A stretch of 64,000 bases of DNA from Bauldia sp. (GCA_035651055.1 DASRGK010000107.1:2524-66523); one strand, 5' to 3'; numbered from the stretch's first letter, positions 27,699 to 36,913 are shown. Notes: generated from the sequence alone by a model not told the origin. Numbers and translations are program-made.

Positions 27699-28427
27699 AT
27701 GAAGAAAGTTGCCCTGTCGCTGTTCGTGATTGCCGCCTCGGGCGCCTACGTCTGGAGCGAGGGTGGACGAGCCGCTCCCGACGATCCGCTTGCGGGCTCC
27801 GACGCCGCTCTACCCGCCGATCTGAAGCCGAGTGCCATCCCGGCCGCGACGCCGCCCGTCGCCGAACCGACGCCCCCCGAGGTTCTGCGAACGGGCGGCC
27901 CGCGCGCTCCGGATCGGCCTCTGCCCGAAAAGACGGCTGCCATTCTCGAAGCGGTGCGCGCCTCGGCTCCGCGGTTGGCCGCGACGATCACCCCTCCGGC
28001 GAGGGTTCCCCCGCCGGAGCCGACGCCAGTCGCGGCGGCGGAGCCGACGGTCCCGCTGCCGCGCCTGCGCCCCGCCTATCACGCGCCGCGGCTCGCGGCG
28101 GCAGTTATCCCGGCGTCAATGACGCTGGCCGCCAGCACCGCAGCCTATGCCGACGGCACCTATACCGGGCCGGTGGTCGACGCCTATTACGGCCTCGTCC
28201 AGATCCAGGCGATCGTCCAAGGCGGGCAGCTGGTCGGCATCAAGGTGCTGCAATATCCGTCCGACCGCCGCACCTCGGTGTTCATCAACCGGCAGGCCCT
28301 GCCGATGCTCCGCGACGAGGTGGTGAGCGCGCAGAGCGCCAATGTCGACATCGTCTCGGGCGCCACGCTCACCAGCGAGGCGTTCATCCGCTCGCTCTCG
28401 GGTGCGCTGCGGAAGGCGAAATCGTGA
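27699..28427 (+). CDS. Membrane-anchored FMN-binding-domain protein with ApbE flavinylation motif
   Basis: The ATG at 27699 gives MKKVALSLFVIAASGAYVW (anchor or signal). A long Pro/Ala-rich linker is followed by an FMN_bind-type domain ending in SANVDIVSGATLTSEAFIRSL. SGAT is encoded at 28356-28367. Confidence 0.75.
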   Translation: MKKVALSLFVIAASGAYVWSEGGRAAPDDPLAGSDAALPADLKPSAIPAATPPVAEPTPPEVLRTGGPRAPDRPLPEKTAAILEAVRASAPRLAATITPPARVPPPEPTPVAAAEPTVPLPRLRPAYHAPRLAAAVIPASMTLAASTAAYADGTYTGPVVDAYYGLVQIQAIVQGGQLVGIKVLQYPSDRRTSVFINRQALPMLRDEVVSAQSANVDIVSGATLTSEAFIRSLSGALRKAKS

Positions 28428-28430
28428 GCC

Positions 28431-29174
28431 ATGCGCGCCACCCGCATCCAGATGGGCATGCCGGTCACGGTGGAAGTGGTCGGTTCTGCCGACCCCGCCG
28501 TCTTTGACCGCGTGTTCGACTACTTCGACCGGATCGACCGGAAGTTCAGCACCTACCGGAGCGACAGCGAAATCTCTGCCATCAATGCCGGGGCGCTCGA
28601 CGAAGCCTCGATCACTGACGAGATGCGCGAAGTCCTTGCGCTCGCCGAGATCACCCGGGAGGAGACCGGCGGCTATTTCGACATCCGCACCCCCGAGGGG
28701 AAGCTCGACCCGTCCGGCATCGTCAAGGGCTGGGCGGTCCGCAATGCGGCGCTGCTCCTCGCCGATGCCGGGTTCGGCGACTTCTTCGTCGATGCCGGCG
28801 GCGACATCCAGTCCCGCGGGAAGAATGCCAGCCACACCGGCTGGACGATCGGCATCCGCAGCCCCTTCCGGGCCGAGGAAATCATCAAGGTCATCCGCCC
28901 GCAGGGCTCGGGGGTGGCGACCTCGGGCACCTATGTGCGCGGCCAGCACATCTACAATCCACACGCGCCGGCGCGCGCCATCGACGACATCGTCAGCCTG
29001 ACCGTTATCGCCGCCGACGTCTGCGAGGCCGACCGGTTCGCCACCGCCGCCTTCGCGATGGGGAGGGCCGGCATCGCCTTTCTCGAAAGCCGGCCGGGCG
29101 TCGAGGCCTATGCCGTCTGGCCCGACGGCCGCGCCACCATGACCAGCGGCTTCGAGGCTTTCGTCCCATGTTGA
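28431..29174 (+). CDS. apbE: ApbE-family FAD:protein FMN transferase (short form, no obvious signal peptide)
   Basis: 247 aa: MGMPVTVEV...FDRIDRKFSTYRSDSEISAIN...GGYFDI...LDPSGIVKGWA...VDAGGDI...VATSGTY. These are typical ApbE blocks. The start is 3 nt after the previous stop and in the same frame. Confidence 0.85.
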   Translation: MRATRIQMGMPVTVEVVGSADPAVFDRVFDYFDRIDRKFSTYRSDSEISAINAGALDEASITDEMREVLALAEITREETGGYFDIRTPEGKLDPSGIVKGWAVRNAALLLADAGFGDFFVDAGGDIQSRGKNASHTGWTIGIRSPFRAEEIIKVIRPQGSGVATSGTYVRGQHIYNPHAPARAIDDIVSLTVIAADVCEADRFATAAFAMGRAGIAFLESRPGVEAYAVWPDGRATMTSGFEAFVPC

Positions 29175-30676
29175 GACTGATCGACCGCCTGCTCGACCAC
29201 ATCACCATGTACCGCCTGGTGCTCGACTATCTGGTGGTCATCCTGGTAACGGCGCTGGTGCTGAGCCTCTTCGGGCTGGTTCCATTTCCTCCCGAGAATC
29301 TGGCGCTCTCGGCCGCCCTGATCTTCGCGACCTGCTGGCTTGCCAACCGGGTCTTCGCGGTCGTCTTCGCCATCCCGGCCAATATCGAATCGGCGACCAT
29401 CACCGCACTGATCCTTGCGCTCATCCTCGACCCGGTCGGCGTCGGCGACGTGAAGGGGATGGCCGGCCTCGCCTTCGCCTCGGTCTGGGCGATCGCGTCG
29501 AAATTCATCCTCGCCGTCCGCGGCAAGCACATCTTCAATCCGGCGGCGGCCGGCGCGTTTCTCGGCGGCCTGCTCCTCGATCAGCCGGCGACATGGTGGG
29601 TGGCCAATGCCGCCCTGCTCCCGGTCGTCCTCGCCGGCGGCATCCTGATCGTCCGCAAGACGCGGCAGAGCGAGCTGGTGGCCGCCTTCGCGCTGGTCAA
29701 TCTCGCCGCCGTGGTCGCGACTTCCTGGGGACCGCAGCTCGCGACGGCGCTCCGCGAGACCCTCCTCACCTCGCCGTTCTTCTTCTTCGCCTTCGCCATG
29801 CTGACCGAACCGCTCACCGCGCCGACCGGCCGCTGGCCGCGGCTCCTCTTCGCGGCGCTGGTCGGCTTCCTCGCTGCACCCGAGGTCCATGCCGGCAGCC
29901 TCTACTTCACGCCCGAACTGGCCCTCCTCATCGGCAACCTCTTCGCCTTCGCCATCGCCCCGCAGCGGCGGTTCATCCTCACGCTCGAGCGGATCGAGCA
30001 GACCGCGGCTGACACGTTCGACTTCGTCTTCCGCTCGCCGCACCGCGTCCGCTTCCAGCCGGGCCAGTATGTCGAGTTCACCCTGCCGGTGCCGAAGGCC
30101 GACAACCGCGGCAACCGGCGCTACTTCACCCTGGCTTCGTCGCCGGGCGAGCGGCGGCTGCGGCTCGGCGTCAAGTTCTATCCGGCGGCAAGCGCGTTCA
30201 AGCGCGCGCTGGCGGCAATGACGCCGGGCGACACGATCCACGCCGCCCAGGTCGCCGGCGACTTCACGCTGCCGCGCGACCGCGGCCGGAAGATCGCCTT
30301 CATTGCCGGCGGCATCGGGATCACGCCATTCCGCAGCATGATCCGGCACATGCTCGACAACCGGGAGGTCCGCCCGGTCACGATCCTCTATGCCGTCGAG
30401 CGGCAGCGCGACATCGCCTATCGCGACATCCTCGACGCCGCGGCGGACGAACTGGGGATCGCCACCTATTACGCCGTGGCCCGCGATCCCGGCCCCGACC
30501 AGTATCCGGGCTATGTCGACGCGCGGCTGCTGCAGGCGGCGCTGCCCGACTACCGCGAGCGCCTCTTCTACGTCTCGGGCCCGCAGCCGATGGTCCAGGC
30601 GATGCGCCGGCTCCTGCACCAGCTCGGCGTCCACCGCTCCCAGATCAAGGTCGACTTCTTCCCCGGCTTTGCCTAG
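29168..30676 (+). CDS. Fusion protein: RnfD/NqrB-like polytopic membrane domain + FNR-type FAD/NAD(P)H reductase domain
   Basis: The start overlaps the ApbE stop. The N-terminal ~265 aa carry HIFNPAAAG and FAFAMLTEPLTAP (compare NPFNPAM and FFILTDPVTAS in RnfD). The C-terminal part carries RRYFTLASSP (FAD RxYS/T motif) and AFIAGGIGITPFRSM (NAD-binding GGxGxxP). Confidence 0.75.
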   Translation: MLRLIDRLLDHITMYRLVLDYLVVILVTALVLSLFGLVPFPPENLALSAALIFATCWLANRVFAVVFAIPANIESATITALILALILDPVGVGDVKGMAGLAFASVWAIASKFILAVRGKHIFNPAAAGAFLGGLLLDQPATWWVANAALLPVVLAGGILIVRKTRQSELVAAFALVNLAAVVATSWGPQLATALRETLLTSPFFFFAFAMLTEPLTAPTGRWPRLLFAALVGFLAAPEVHAGSLYFTPELALLIGNLFAFAIAPQRRFILTLERIEQTAADTFDFVFRSPHRVRFQPGQYVEFTLPVPKADNRGNRRYFTLASSPGERRLRLGVKFYPAASAFKRALAAMTPGDTIHAAQVAGDFTLPRDRGRKIAFIAGGIGITPFRSMIRHMLDNREVRPVTILYAVERQRDIAYRDILDAAADELGIATYYAVARDPGPDQYPGYVDARLLQAALPDYRERLFYVSGPQPMVQAMRRLLHQLGVHRSQIKVDFFPGFA

Positions 30677-32037
30677 GCGGAAACCGCCGCGGCCGCGGGG
30701 CGCGGCAGGAAGACCGAGACCGACAGGCCGGGCCCGGCATCGGCAAGCGTAACCCTGCCGCCATAGGCATCGGCAATGTCGGCGACGATGGCGAGGCCGA
30801 GGCCGGTTCCCGACCCGGCCGTGTCGAGCCGCACGCCGCGGGCAAGCGCCGCCTGCCGCGCCTCCTCGGGAATCCCCGGCCCGTCGTCGCCGACCGCAAT
30901 CGTGGTTCCTTCGGTGGTGCTCTCGGCGCTTACCGTCAGCCGGGCGCGGGCAAAGCGGGCTGCGTTCTCCACGAGATTGCCGAGTATCTCGGCGAGGTCA
31001 TCCTCGTCGATGCTGGCCGTGACCGCAGGCGCCACATTGACCTCGATCGCCAGCCTCCGGCCGCCCGGCGTCCGCCGGACGACGTCGACCACCCGCGCGG
31101 CGACCTCGGCCACCGCGCATTCGCCGACGGCGACGCCCGGAGCGACGCGCGCCCGCGCCAGTTCGCGGTCGATGTGACGGCGAATGGCGCCGAGGCTCTT
31201 CTCGATCTCGCCCGCCAGGTCCGCCTCGCCCTTTGTCCGCAGGGCGCGGATCTCGCCCGAGATGACCTGGAGCGGGGTTTTCAGCCCGTGCGCCAGGTCG
31301 GTCGCCGCGGAGCGCGCGCGTTTCAGGGCCTTCTCCTGGGCTGCCAGCAGCCGGTTGATCTCGTCGACGAGCGGCCGCACCTCCTTCGGCGCATCGACCT
31401 CGAGGCGGGCGGCGCGCCGGCCGACGACCTCGCTGAGCGCGGCGCGGAGGCTCTCGAGCGGCGCGAGACCGATCGTCACCTGCGTAAAGATCGCCGCGAT
31501 CAGGACCAGTGCGAGGAGGATCAGCGCCGGCGCCAGTTCGGAGACATATTCATCGACCGAAACCTCGACGGCCCGGTGATCCTCGGCGACGATGGCGCGG
31601 AACGAGCGGCCGCCGGCGTCGGTGATCGTGCGCGCGGCGGCCACCAGCAGAGCCCCGCCGGGCCCGGTCAGCTCGGCCACCCGCACCCCGCCGCGCTCGC
31701 CGATCCGCCGCGTCGGCGCGAGCGTCGTATCCCAGAGCGAGCGCGACCGGATGACGGCCCCGCCTCCGTCGATTTCCTCGACCTGCCAGTAGAGACCGGA
31801 GAGTGGAACCGCGAAGCGCGGATCGGCGAGACCGGGCGTGACGGCGAGCCTGCCGTCGCTGTCGAAGGCCGTCGCGGCGACCAACTGGTTCAGTTCGACC
31901 GTCAGATCGGAGGCGATCCGCCGCTCGACATGGCGCTCGAAGAGGAAGCGCAGGCCGATGCCGGCGAGTCCAAGGGCGACGACGATCGAGATCGCGGCGG
32001 CCGACCAGAGCCTGAGGCGGATCGATCCGCCGCTCAT
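30673..32037 (-). CDS. Sensor histidine kinase (PhoQ/QseC-like architecture)
   Basis: The ATG at 32037 overlaps the response-regulator stop. The product MSGGSIRLRLWSAAAISIVVALGLAG has two TM segments, the H-box ATDLAHGLKTPL and the ATPase blocks NLVENAARFA and GTGLGLAIV. 454 aa. Confidence 0.85.
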   Translation of the reverse strand: MSGGSIRLRLWSAAAISIVVALGLAGIGLRFLFERHVERRIASDLTVELNQLVAATAFDSDGRLAVTPGLADPRFAVPLSGLYWQVEEIDGGGAVIRSRSLWDTTLAPTRRIGERGGVRVAELTGPGGALLVAAARTITDAGGRSFRAIVAEDHRAVEVSVDEYVSELAPALILLALVLIAAIFTQVTIGLAPLESLRAALSEVVGRRAARLEVDAPKEVRPLVDEINRLLAAQEKALKRARSAATDLAHGLKTPLQVISGEIRALRTKGEADLAGEIEKSLGAIRRHIDRELARARVAPGVAVGECAVAEVAARVVDVVRRTPGGRRLAIEVNVAPAVTASIDEDDLAEILGNLVENAARFARARLTVSAESTTEGTTIAVGDDGPGIPEEARQAALARGVRLDTAGSGTGLGLAIVADIADAYGGRVTLADAGPGLSVSVFLPRPAAAAVSA

Positions 32038-32699
32038 CCCTCGTCGCCCGGAACCAGATAGCCGAACCCGCGCCGCGTCTCGATCACCTTCGGACCGAGC
32101 TTCCGCCTGAGCCGCGCGACGATCACCTCGATCGTGTTGGGATCCTTGTCGTTGCCCGATTCGTAGAGATGCTCGGCAAGTTCGGTCGAGGGCACCACCC
32201 GGCCGCCGTGATGGATCAGAAACGACAGCAGCCGGTATTCGAGCGGCGACAGGGCGACCGGCAGGCCGTTGAGGGAGATCCGCATCTGCCGCGTATCGAG
32301 CGACAGCGGCCCCTGCCTCAGGACCGGCGCCGCCTGGCCGGCCGAACGGCGGAGCAGGGCGCGGAGCCGTGCGACCAGCTCCTCCATCTCGAACGGCTTC
32401 GGCAGGTAGTCGTCGGCGCCGGCATTGATGCCTTCGACCCGCTCGGTCCAGACACCCCGCGCCGTGAGGACCAGTACCGGGAAATTCCGGCCGGCGGAGC
32501 GCCAGCGCTTGAGCACGGTGAGCCCGTCGAGGCCGGGCAGGCCCAGATCGAGGACCACCGCGTCGTAGCTTTCCGTATCGCCCTTGAACCAGGCGTCCTC
32601 GCCGTGCCGCGATACATCCACGGCAAAGCCTGCGGCCCGCATCGCCGCAGCGATATCGGCCGCGATGCGGGGCTCGTCCTCGACGATCAGGACCTTCAC
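32034..32699 (-). CDS. OmpR-family response regulator
   Basis: MKVLIVEDEPRIAADI...DAVVLDLGLPGLDG... with a winged-helix C-terminus (RLRRKLGPKVIETRRGFGYLV). Confidence 0.9.
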   Translation of the reverse strand: MKVLIVEDEPRIAADIAAAMRAAGFAVDVSRHGEDAWFKGDTESYDAVVLDLGLPGLDGLTVLKRWRSAGRNFPVLVLTARGVWTERVEGINAGADDYLPKPFEMEELVARLRALLRRSAGQAAPVLRQGPLSLDTRQMRISLNGLPVALSPLEYRLLSFLIHHGGRVVPSTELAEHLYESGNDKDPNTIEVIVARLRRKLGPKVIETRRGFGYLVPGDEG

Positions 32700-33082
32700 G
32701 GCTCTCCCCGATTCTGTCCGCCGTCGTCGTCGCCTTCCCCGCCGGTGGCGGCGCCCGGCGGTCCGGCATCGAGGTCGACGGTCGCCCGCCGGCCGTCAGG
32801 TCCGACCACCTGGAACCGGTAAACCCAACGCCCGCCGACGCGAACCAGGTCCACCGCAACGACGTCGCCGGGCATGCGCCGCCCGAGCGCCGCCAGAATC
32901 TCGGAGAGCGGCAGAATTTCGCCGCGTTCGTAGAGATCGCGGGCGAGATCGTGATCGCTGTCGTCCTCAGCCGCAGCAGCAACCGGCAACGCGATGATTG
33001 TCGCCGCCAGCCAGCCCTTTATCCATCGCGTGCGCACGCGCCGGAATATAGCAGCGGTGCCTTGCATTTTGCTGGCAATCAT
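32696..33082 (-). CDS. PepSY-domain periplasmic protein
   Basis: 128 aa. A signal-like N-terminus is followed by ARDLYERGEILPLSEILAAL...VVAVDLVRVGGRWVYRFQVVGPDGR, typical of PepSY modules found upstream of two-component pairs. Confidence 0.65.
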   Translation of the reverse strand: MIASKMQGTAAIFRRVRTRWIKGWLAATIIALPVAAAAEDDSDHDLARDLYERGEILPLSEILAALGRRMPGDVVAVDLVRVGGRWVYRFQVVGPDGRRATVDLDAGPPGAATGGEGDDDGGQNRGEP

Positions 33083-33172
33083 ATCGCCGGTCGCACCGCG
33101 ACTGCCCTTGGCAGGCGTGCAATGGGTGGTATCCTGCCGGCGGGTTGTCTATCGCGAACCCCGTGGTGGGCG

Positions 33173-34060
33173 ATGACGCCGTGGTCGACGGGCCTGTCAA
33201 GACGGCGCGTTCTGCTGGCAGCCGCCGGCGCCGCGGCGGGCGGTCTTTTCCTGCGACAGACGGCCTGGGCGGTCGAGACGGAAGTTCCCCTCCGTTTCGG
33301 TATCCCGCAAATCCTGATCTCGCCGATGCTCGACGAGTTCGGTTGCATCGACCGCTATTTGCGCCTGCCATGGCGACGACCGGTAAGCCTCACCCAGCAC
33401 AAGACGAATGCGGAGCTTGCCGCAGACCTGCTCTCCGGCGAACTCGACCTGGCGTGGCTCAGCCCCTATGCGTATGTCCGCCGCCGTGAACAGCTTCAGG
33501 CGATAGCGGCTCCTCTCACGAAGGGGGCGGCAACCGCGCAATCCCTTCTCATCGTCGCCGCCGACCGGCCCGCTTCGATGCTCTCGGATCTCGCCGGAGA
33601 TACCCATGCCTTTGTCGACCCGGAGTCGGCGTCGGGCTTCCTCGTGACGGTCGCCGAACTTGCGAAAATCGGCACGCGGCCCGGCAGCTTCTTCAACCGG
33701 ACCTTCTTCACAAACGCCGATCGGAACGTGGTGAGAGCGGTCGCTGCCGGTCTCGCCGGGAGCGGGACGTGCGATGGCCATGTCTTTGAGGTTCTGAAGG
33801 AGATCGAGCCGCGGCTGACCGGAGCCGTGCGGGTTCTTTCGACGAGCTCGCCAATCGCGCCTCCGCCGATCGTGGCGAAGCGCGGGGGGCTTTCGGCGGC
33901 GGCGATGGCGGCCGCGAAATCCCTCTTCGTCGGAATGCGCACCACGGCTACCGGAGAGGCCGCTCTCGGAAAACTCCGACTGGACGGCTTCGCCGAAGCG
34001 GACGATGCGCTCTATGCGCCGATCACCGCAATGGCCGAGCGGCTTAAGGGTATCGTGTGA
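33173..34060 (+). CDS. PhnD/ABC-phosphonate-type periplasmic substrate-binding protein (no transporter partner), Tat-like signal
   Basis: MTPWSTGLSRRRVLLAAAGAAAGGLFLRQTAWA, then LRFGIPQIL...ELDLAWLSPYAYV...AFVDPESASGFL. An alternative start lies at 33122. The stop overlaps the kinase GTG. Confidence 0.65.
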   Translation: MTPWSTGLSRRRVLLAAAGAAAGGLFLRQTAWAVETEVPLRFGIPQILISPMLDEFGCIDRYLRLPWRRPVSLTQHKTNAELAADLLSGELDLAWLSPYAYVRRREQLQAIAAPLTKGAATAQSLLIVAADRPASMLSDLAGDTHAFVDPESASGFLVTVAELAKIGTRPGSFFNRTFFTNADRNVVRAVAAGLAGSGTCDGHVFEVLKEIEPRLTGAVRVLSTSSPIAPPPIVAKRGGLSAAAMAAAKSLFVGMRTTATGEAALGKLRLDGFAEADDALYAPITAMAERLKGIV

Positions 34061-35475
34061 TCCGCTCGCTCTCCACCCCGTGGACCCTGGCGGTCAAGGT
34101 CCCCGCGGCCATGGCAGCGGCTGTTGTGGTGATCGCGGCCGCAACCACCGCCCTTGTCTATCAGTTCGTCAGCACGGCCCAGGATCGCCAGCTGGCGAGC
34201 GTCACCCGCTCCTACCTCGACGGGCTGGCTCCGGCGCTCGTCGAGCCGGTCCTGCGGGGGGACATCTGGGGGGTGTTCGAGATCCTGGACCAACCTCGCT
34301 CCTTCTCGACGACCGCGATTCCGGTGGAGCTTGCCGTTGCCGATACGAGCGGCGAGGTGATAGCCGCCTCGGATCCACGCAAGGCGCCGAGCGGCGCTCC
34401 ATTGCCGGCTCGTTTTCGCAACGGAGCCGGCGGCGGAAGCCTTGTCAGGGACGATTCCGGAGAGGTGCTGTCGACCACCCTGATCGTGATCGGCGGCCGC
34501 AGCGTTGGCAGCCTGCATGTTCTCTGGGACATCACGCCGATGACGCAGGAGCGCCGGATGCTGATCCAAACCGCCGCCTTGTGGACGATCCTCGTTCCCG
34601 CGCTGGTCGGCCTCGCCGGCTGGTTCGCGACGCGGCGGATGATGCGGCCCGTGCAAATATTGTCGCGCCACATGGAGACGGCCGACGACGGTTCTGTCCA
34701 GCCGATCGGCGGCGCGGTGGTCAGGGCCGCGAGCCGCGAATTCGCCCGTCTCTACCGAAGCTTCAACACCATGGCCGGGGCGCTCGAGGCGCGTCGCGCG
34801 CTCACGGCGCGGCTTGTCGCCGAGGAGCGCCTGTCAAGCCTTGGCCGAATTGCGGCGGGTGTTGCCCACGAGATCAACAATCCTCTCGGCGGGCTTTTCG
34901 CAACCCTGCACATGCTGAAGACGGATCCCGCTTCACCGACGGTGCAACAGAAGGCAGTTGCGCTCCTCGAACGTGGGCTAGGGGGGATCCGGGACGTGGT
35001 GCGGGCGCTCCTCGCCATTCACCGGCCGGAACGCAACATGCGCCCGATCGCTGCCGCCGATTTCGACGACCTTCGTATCCTGATCGGTCCGCAGATCGGC
35101 AGTATTCGGCTGACATGGTCGATCGGTCCGCTCAACGGAGTCGATATCGCGGGCGGACCCGTCCGCCAGATGGTGCTCAATCTCCTTCTCAACGCACTCG
35201 CCGCGGCTGGCGAGAACGGCGATGTCGGCCTCACGGTCGCCGCCGCCCCGGACAAGGTGGTGATCACGGTGACCAATTCGGGGTCGGCCATGTCCGGTGA
35301 AATCGCGGCGTTTCTGGAAGGCAGAGGCACGGCGGACGTGCCGGGCGACGGTCTCGGCGTCTGGCTTGTCCGCCAGATCGCGGCCGAGCTCCGTGCCCGC
35401 GTCACGATACGAACCGGTACGGAGGGTACTTCGATCACCGTGATTATTCCGCGTCCGATCTCGGGTGCGACCTGA
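34057..35475 (+). CDS. Sensor histidine kinase
   Basis: 472 aa. Two TM segments flank a ~150-aa periplasmic region. H-box SLGRIAAGVAHEINNPLGG; ATPase blocks LLLNALAAA and GDGLGVWLV. Confidence 0.8.
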   Translation: MIRSLSTPWTLAVKVPAAMAAAVVVIAAATTALVYQFVSTAQDRQLASVTRSYLDGLAPALVEPVLRGDIWGVFEILDQPRSFSTTAIPVELAVADTSGEVIAASDPRKAPSGAPLPARFRNGAGGGSLVRDDSGEVLSTTLIVIGGRSVGSLHVLWDITPMTQERRMLIQTAALWTILVPALVGLAGWFATRRMMRPVQILSRHMETADDGSVQPIGGAVVRAASREFARLYRSFNTMAGALEARRALTARLVAEERLSSLGRIAAGVAHEINNPLGGLFATLHMLKTDPASPTVQQKAVALLERGLGGIRDVVRALLAIHRPERNMRPIAAADFDDLRILIGPQIGSIRLTWSIGPLNGVDIAGGPVRQMVLNLLLNALAAAGENGDVGLTVAAAPDKVVITVTNSGSAMSGEIAAFLEGRGTADVPGDGLGVWLVRQIAAELRARVTIRTGTEGTSITVIIPRPISGAT

Positions 35476-35476
35476 G

Positions 35477-36796
35477 ATGCTCGACGGCCGGCGCATCGGC
35501 ATTGTCGAGGATGATGCGGTCATGGGCGACGCGCTCGCGGAATGCTTCCGGCAGCGCGGCGCCGAGGTCGGTTTGTGGCGGAAGGGCAGCGACGCGCTCA
35601 CGGGTATCCGGAAATTCGCACCGGAGCTTGTCGTCTGCGACATCCGCCTGCCCGACCTTTCCGGCGAGCAGATATTCGCGGCCCTCAACGCCGACCTTCC
35701 TGCCGTGCCCTTCCTGTTCATAACCGGCCATGGCCGGATCGACGAGGCTGTCCGGCTTATCCGACTGGGCGCCGGCGACTACATCACCAAACCGTTCGAA
35801 ATTCCGCCCTTCCTCGAACGGGTGCGCGAACTCCTGCCGACAGGCGCTCCGGCGCGGCGCGACGTGCTCGGGCGCTCACCCGCGATCCGCGCCGTCGAAG
35901 CCACGCTCACGCGGGTTGCAGCGATCCGTTCGACCGTGCTGCTCCTCGGCGAGACAGGATCGGGCAAGGAGGTTGCAGCCCGCTTCCTCCACGATACCGG
36001 CCGGCCCGGCACGCCCTTCGTCGCCGTCAATTGCGCTGCCTTTCCTCCCGATCTGCTGGAATCGGAACTGTTCGGTCACGAACGCGGCGCCTTTACCGGC
36101 GCCGCGGGCAGGCACATCGGGCATGCTGAACGCGCCGGCGACGGAACCCTATTCCTCGACGAGATCGCCGAACTGCGCCCCGCCCTCCAGGCGAAGCTCC
36201 TCCGCCTTCTCGACGAGCGCCGTTTCACCCGCATCGGCGGGGACCGACCGCTCCAATTCAGCGCCCGCGTGGTCGCTGCGACCAATGCCGACCTCGCCCG
36301 CCGCGTCGAGAAAGGCGATTTTCGTCAGGACCTGCTTTTCCGGCTCGACGTGGTCTCCATACGGATCCCGCCGCTCCGCGACCGCACGGAGGACATTCTC
36401 CCGCTGATGGAACGGTTCATGAGCCAATATTGCCGGGAGTTCGGGACGTCGATCCGGCGCTTCGAGCCGGCAGCCGTGACCGCCGCGCTCCGCCACACCT
36501 GGCCCGGCAACGTTCGGGAACTCCGCAATCGCGTCGAACGAGCCGTCGCCTTGTCCGAAAGCCCGGTGCTCGCCGTCGCCGATCTCTTTCCGAGCGAGGG
36601 CGCCGAAGACGCCGCGGAATCGGTCACTCGAAACCTCTCGGCCGTGCGCGCGGCCGCCGAACGGGAAGAGATTTCCGGAGCGCTTGCCGCCAGCGGCGGC
36701 CGCATCCTCGCGGCCGCGAAGCAGTTGGGAATTTCACGGACGACGCTCTGGAAGAAGATGCGCCGGTTGAACCTCCGCGGGTCGGCCCTGCCCTGA
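35477..36796 (+). CDS. Sigma54-dependent enhancer-binding response regulator (NtrC family)
   Basis: Receiver domain (MLDGRRIGIVEDD...VVCDIRLPDLSG). AAA+ domain with GETGSGKE, ESELFGHERGAFTGA (GAFTGA at 36086-36103) and GTLFLDEI. C-terminal Fis-type HTH AAKQLGISRTTLWKKMRRL. An alternative GTG start lies at 35465. Confidence 0.9.
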   Translation: MLDGRRIGIVEDDAVMGDALAECFRQRGAEVGLWRKGSDALTGIRKFAPELVVCDIRLPDLSGEQIFAALNADLPAVPFLFITGHGRIDEAVRLIRLGAGDYITKPFEIPPFLERVRELLPTGAPARRDVLGRSPAIRAVEATLTRVAAIRSTVLLLGETGSGKEVAARFLHDTGRPGTPFVAVNCAAFPPDLLESELFGHERGAFTGAAGRHIGHAERAGDGTLFLDEIAELRPALQAKLLRLLDERRFTRIGGDRPLQFSARVVAATNADLARRVEKGDFRQDLLFRLDVVSIRIPPLRDRTEDILPLMERFMSQYCREFGTSIRRFEPAAVTAALRHTWPGNVRELRNRVERAVALSESPVLAVADLFPSEGAEDAAESVTRNLSAVRAAAEREEISGALAASGGRILAAAKQLGISRTTLWKKMRRLNLRGSALP

Positions 36797-36913
36797 AGGC
36801 GTCGATGCCCTGAGGAATGGCCGACCCGCGGAGCTGACCTGACCGCGATGTTGCGGAAGGGTGCGCGCACGTCTGGCGTACGCCGCAACGAGACACTCGC
36901 CAACCGCTTTCTC

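Noticed and set aside
32038-32982. Upstream 315 codons of the 769-aa ORF 30673..32982
   Set aside because: This part runs across the response-regulator and PepSY genes in a different frame with an Arg/Pro/Gly-rich translation. The kinase starts cleanly at 32037 (MSGGSIRL...) with an ATGA overlap to the regulator stop.
33109-33122. Sigma54-like TGGCAGGCGTGCAA upstream of the PhnD-like gene
   Set aside because: The GG-to-GC spacing is about 3 nt too short for a -24/-12 promoter, and the -12 TTGC is absent.
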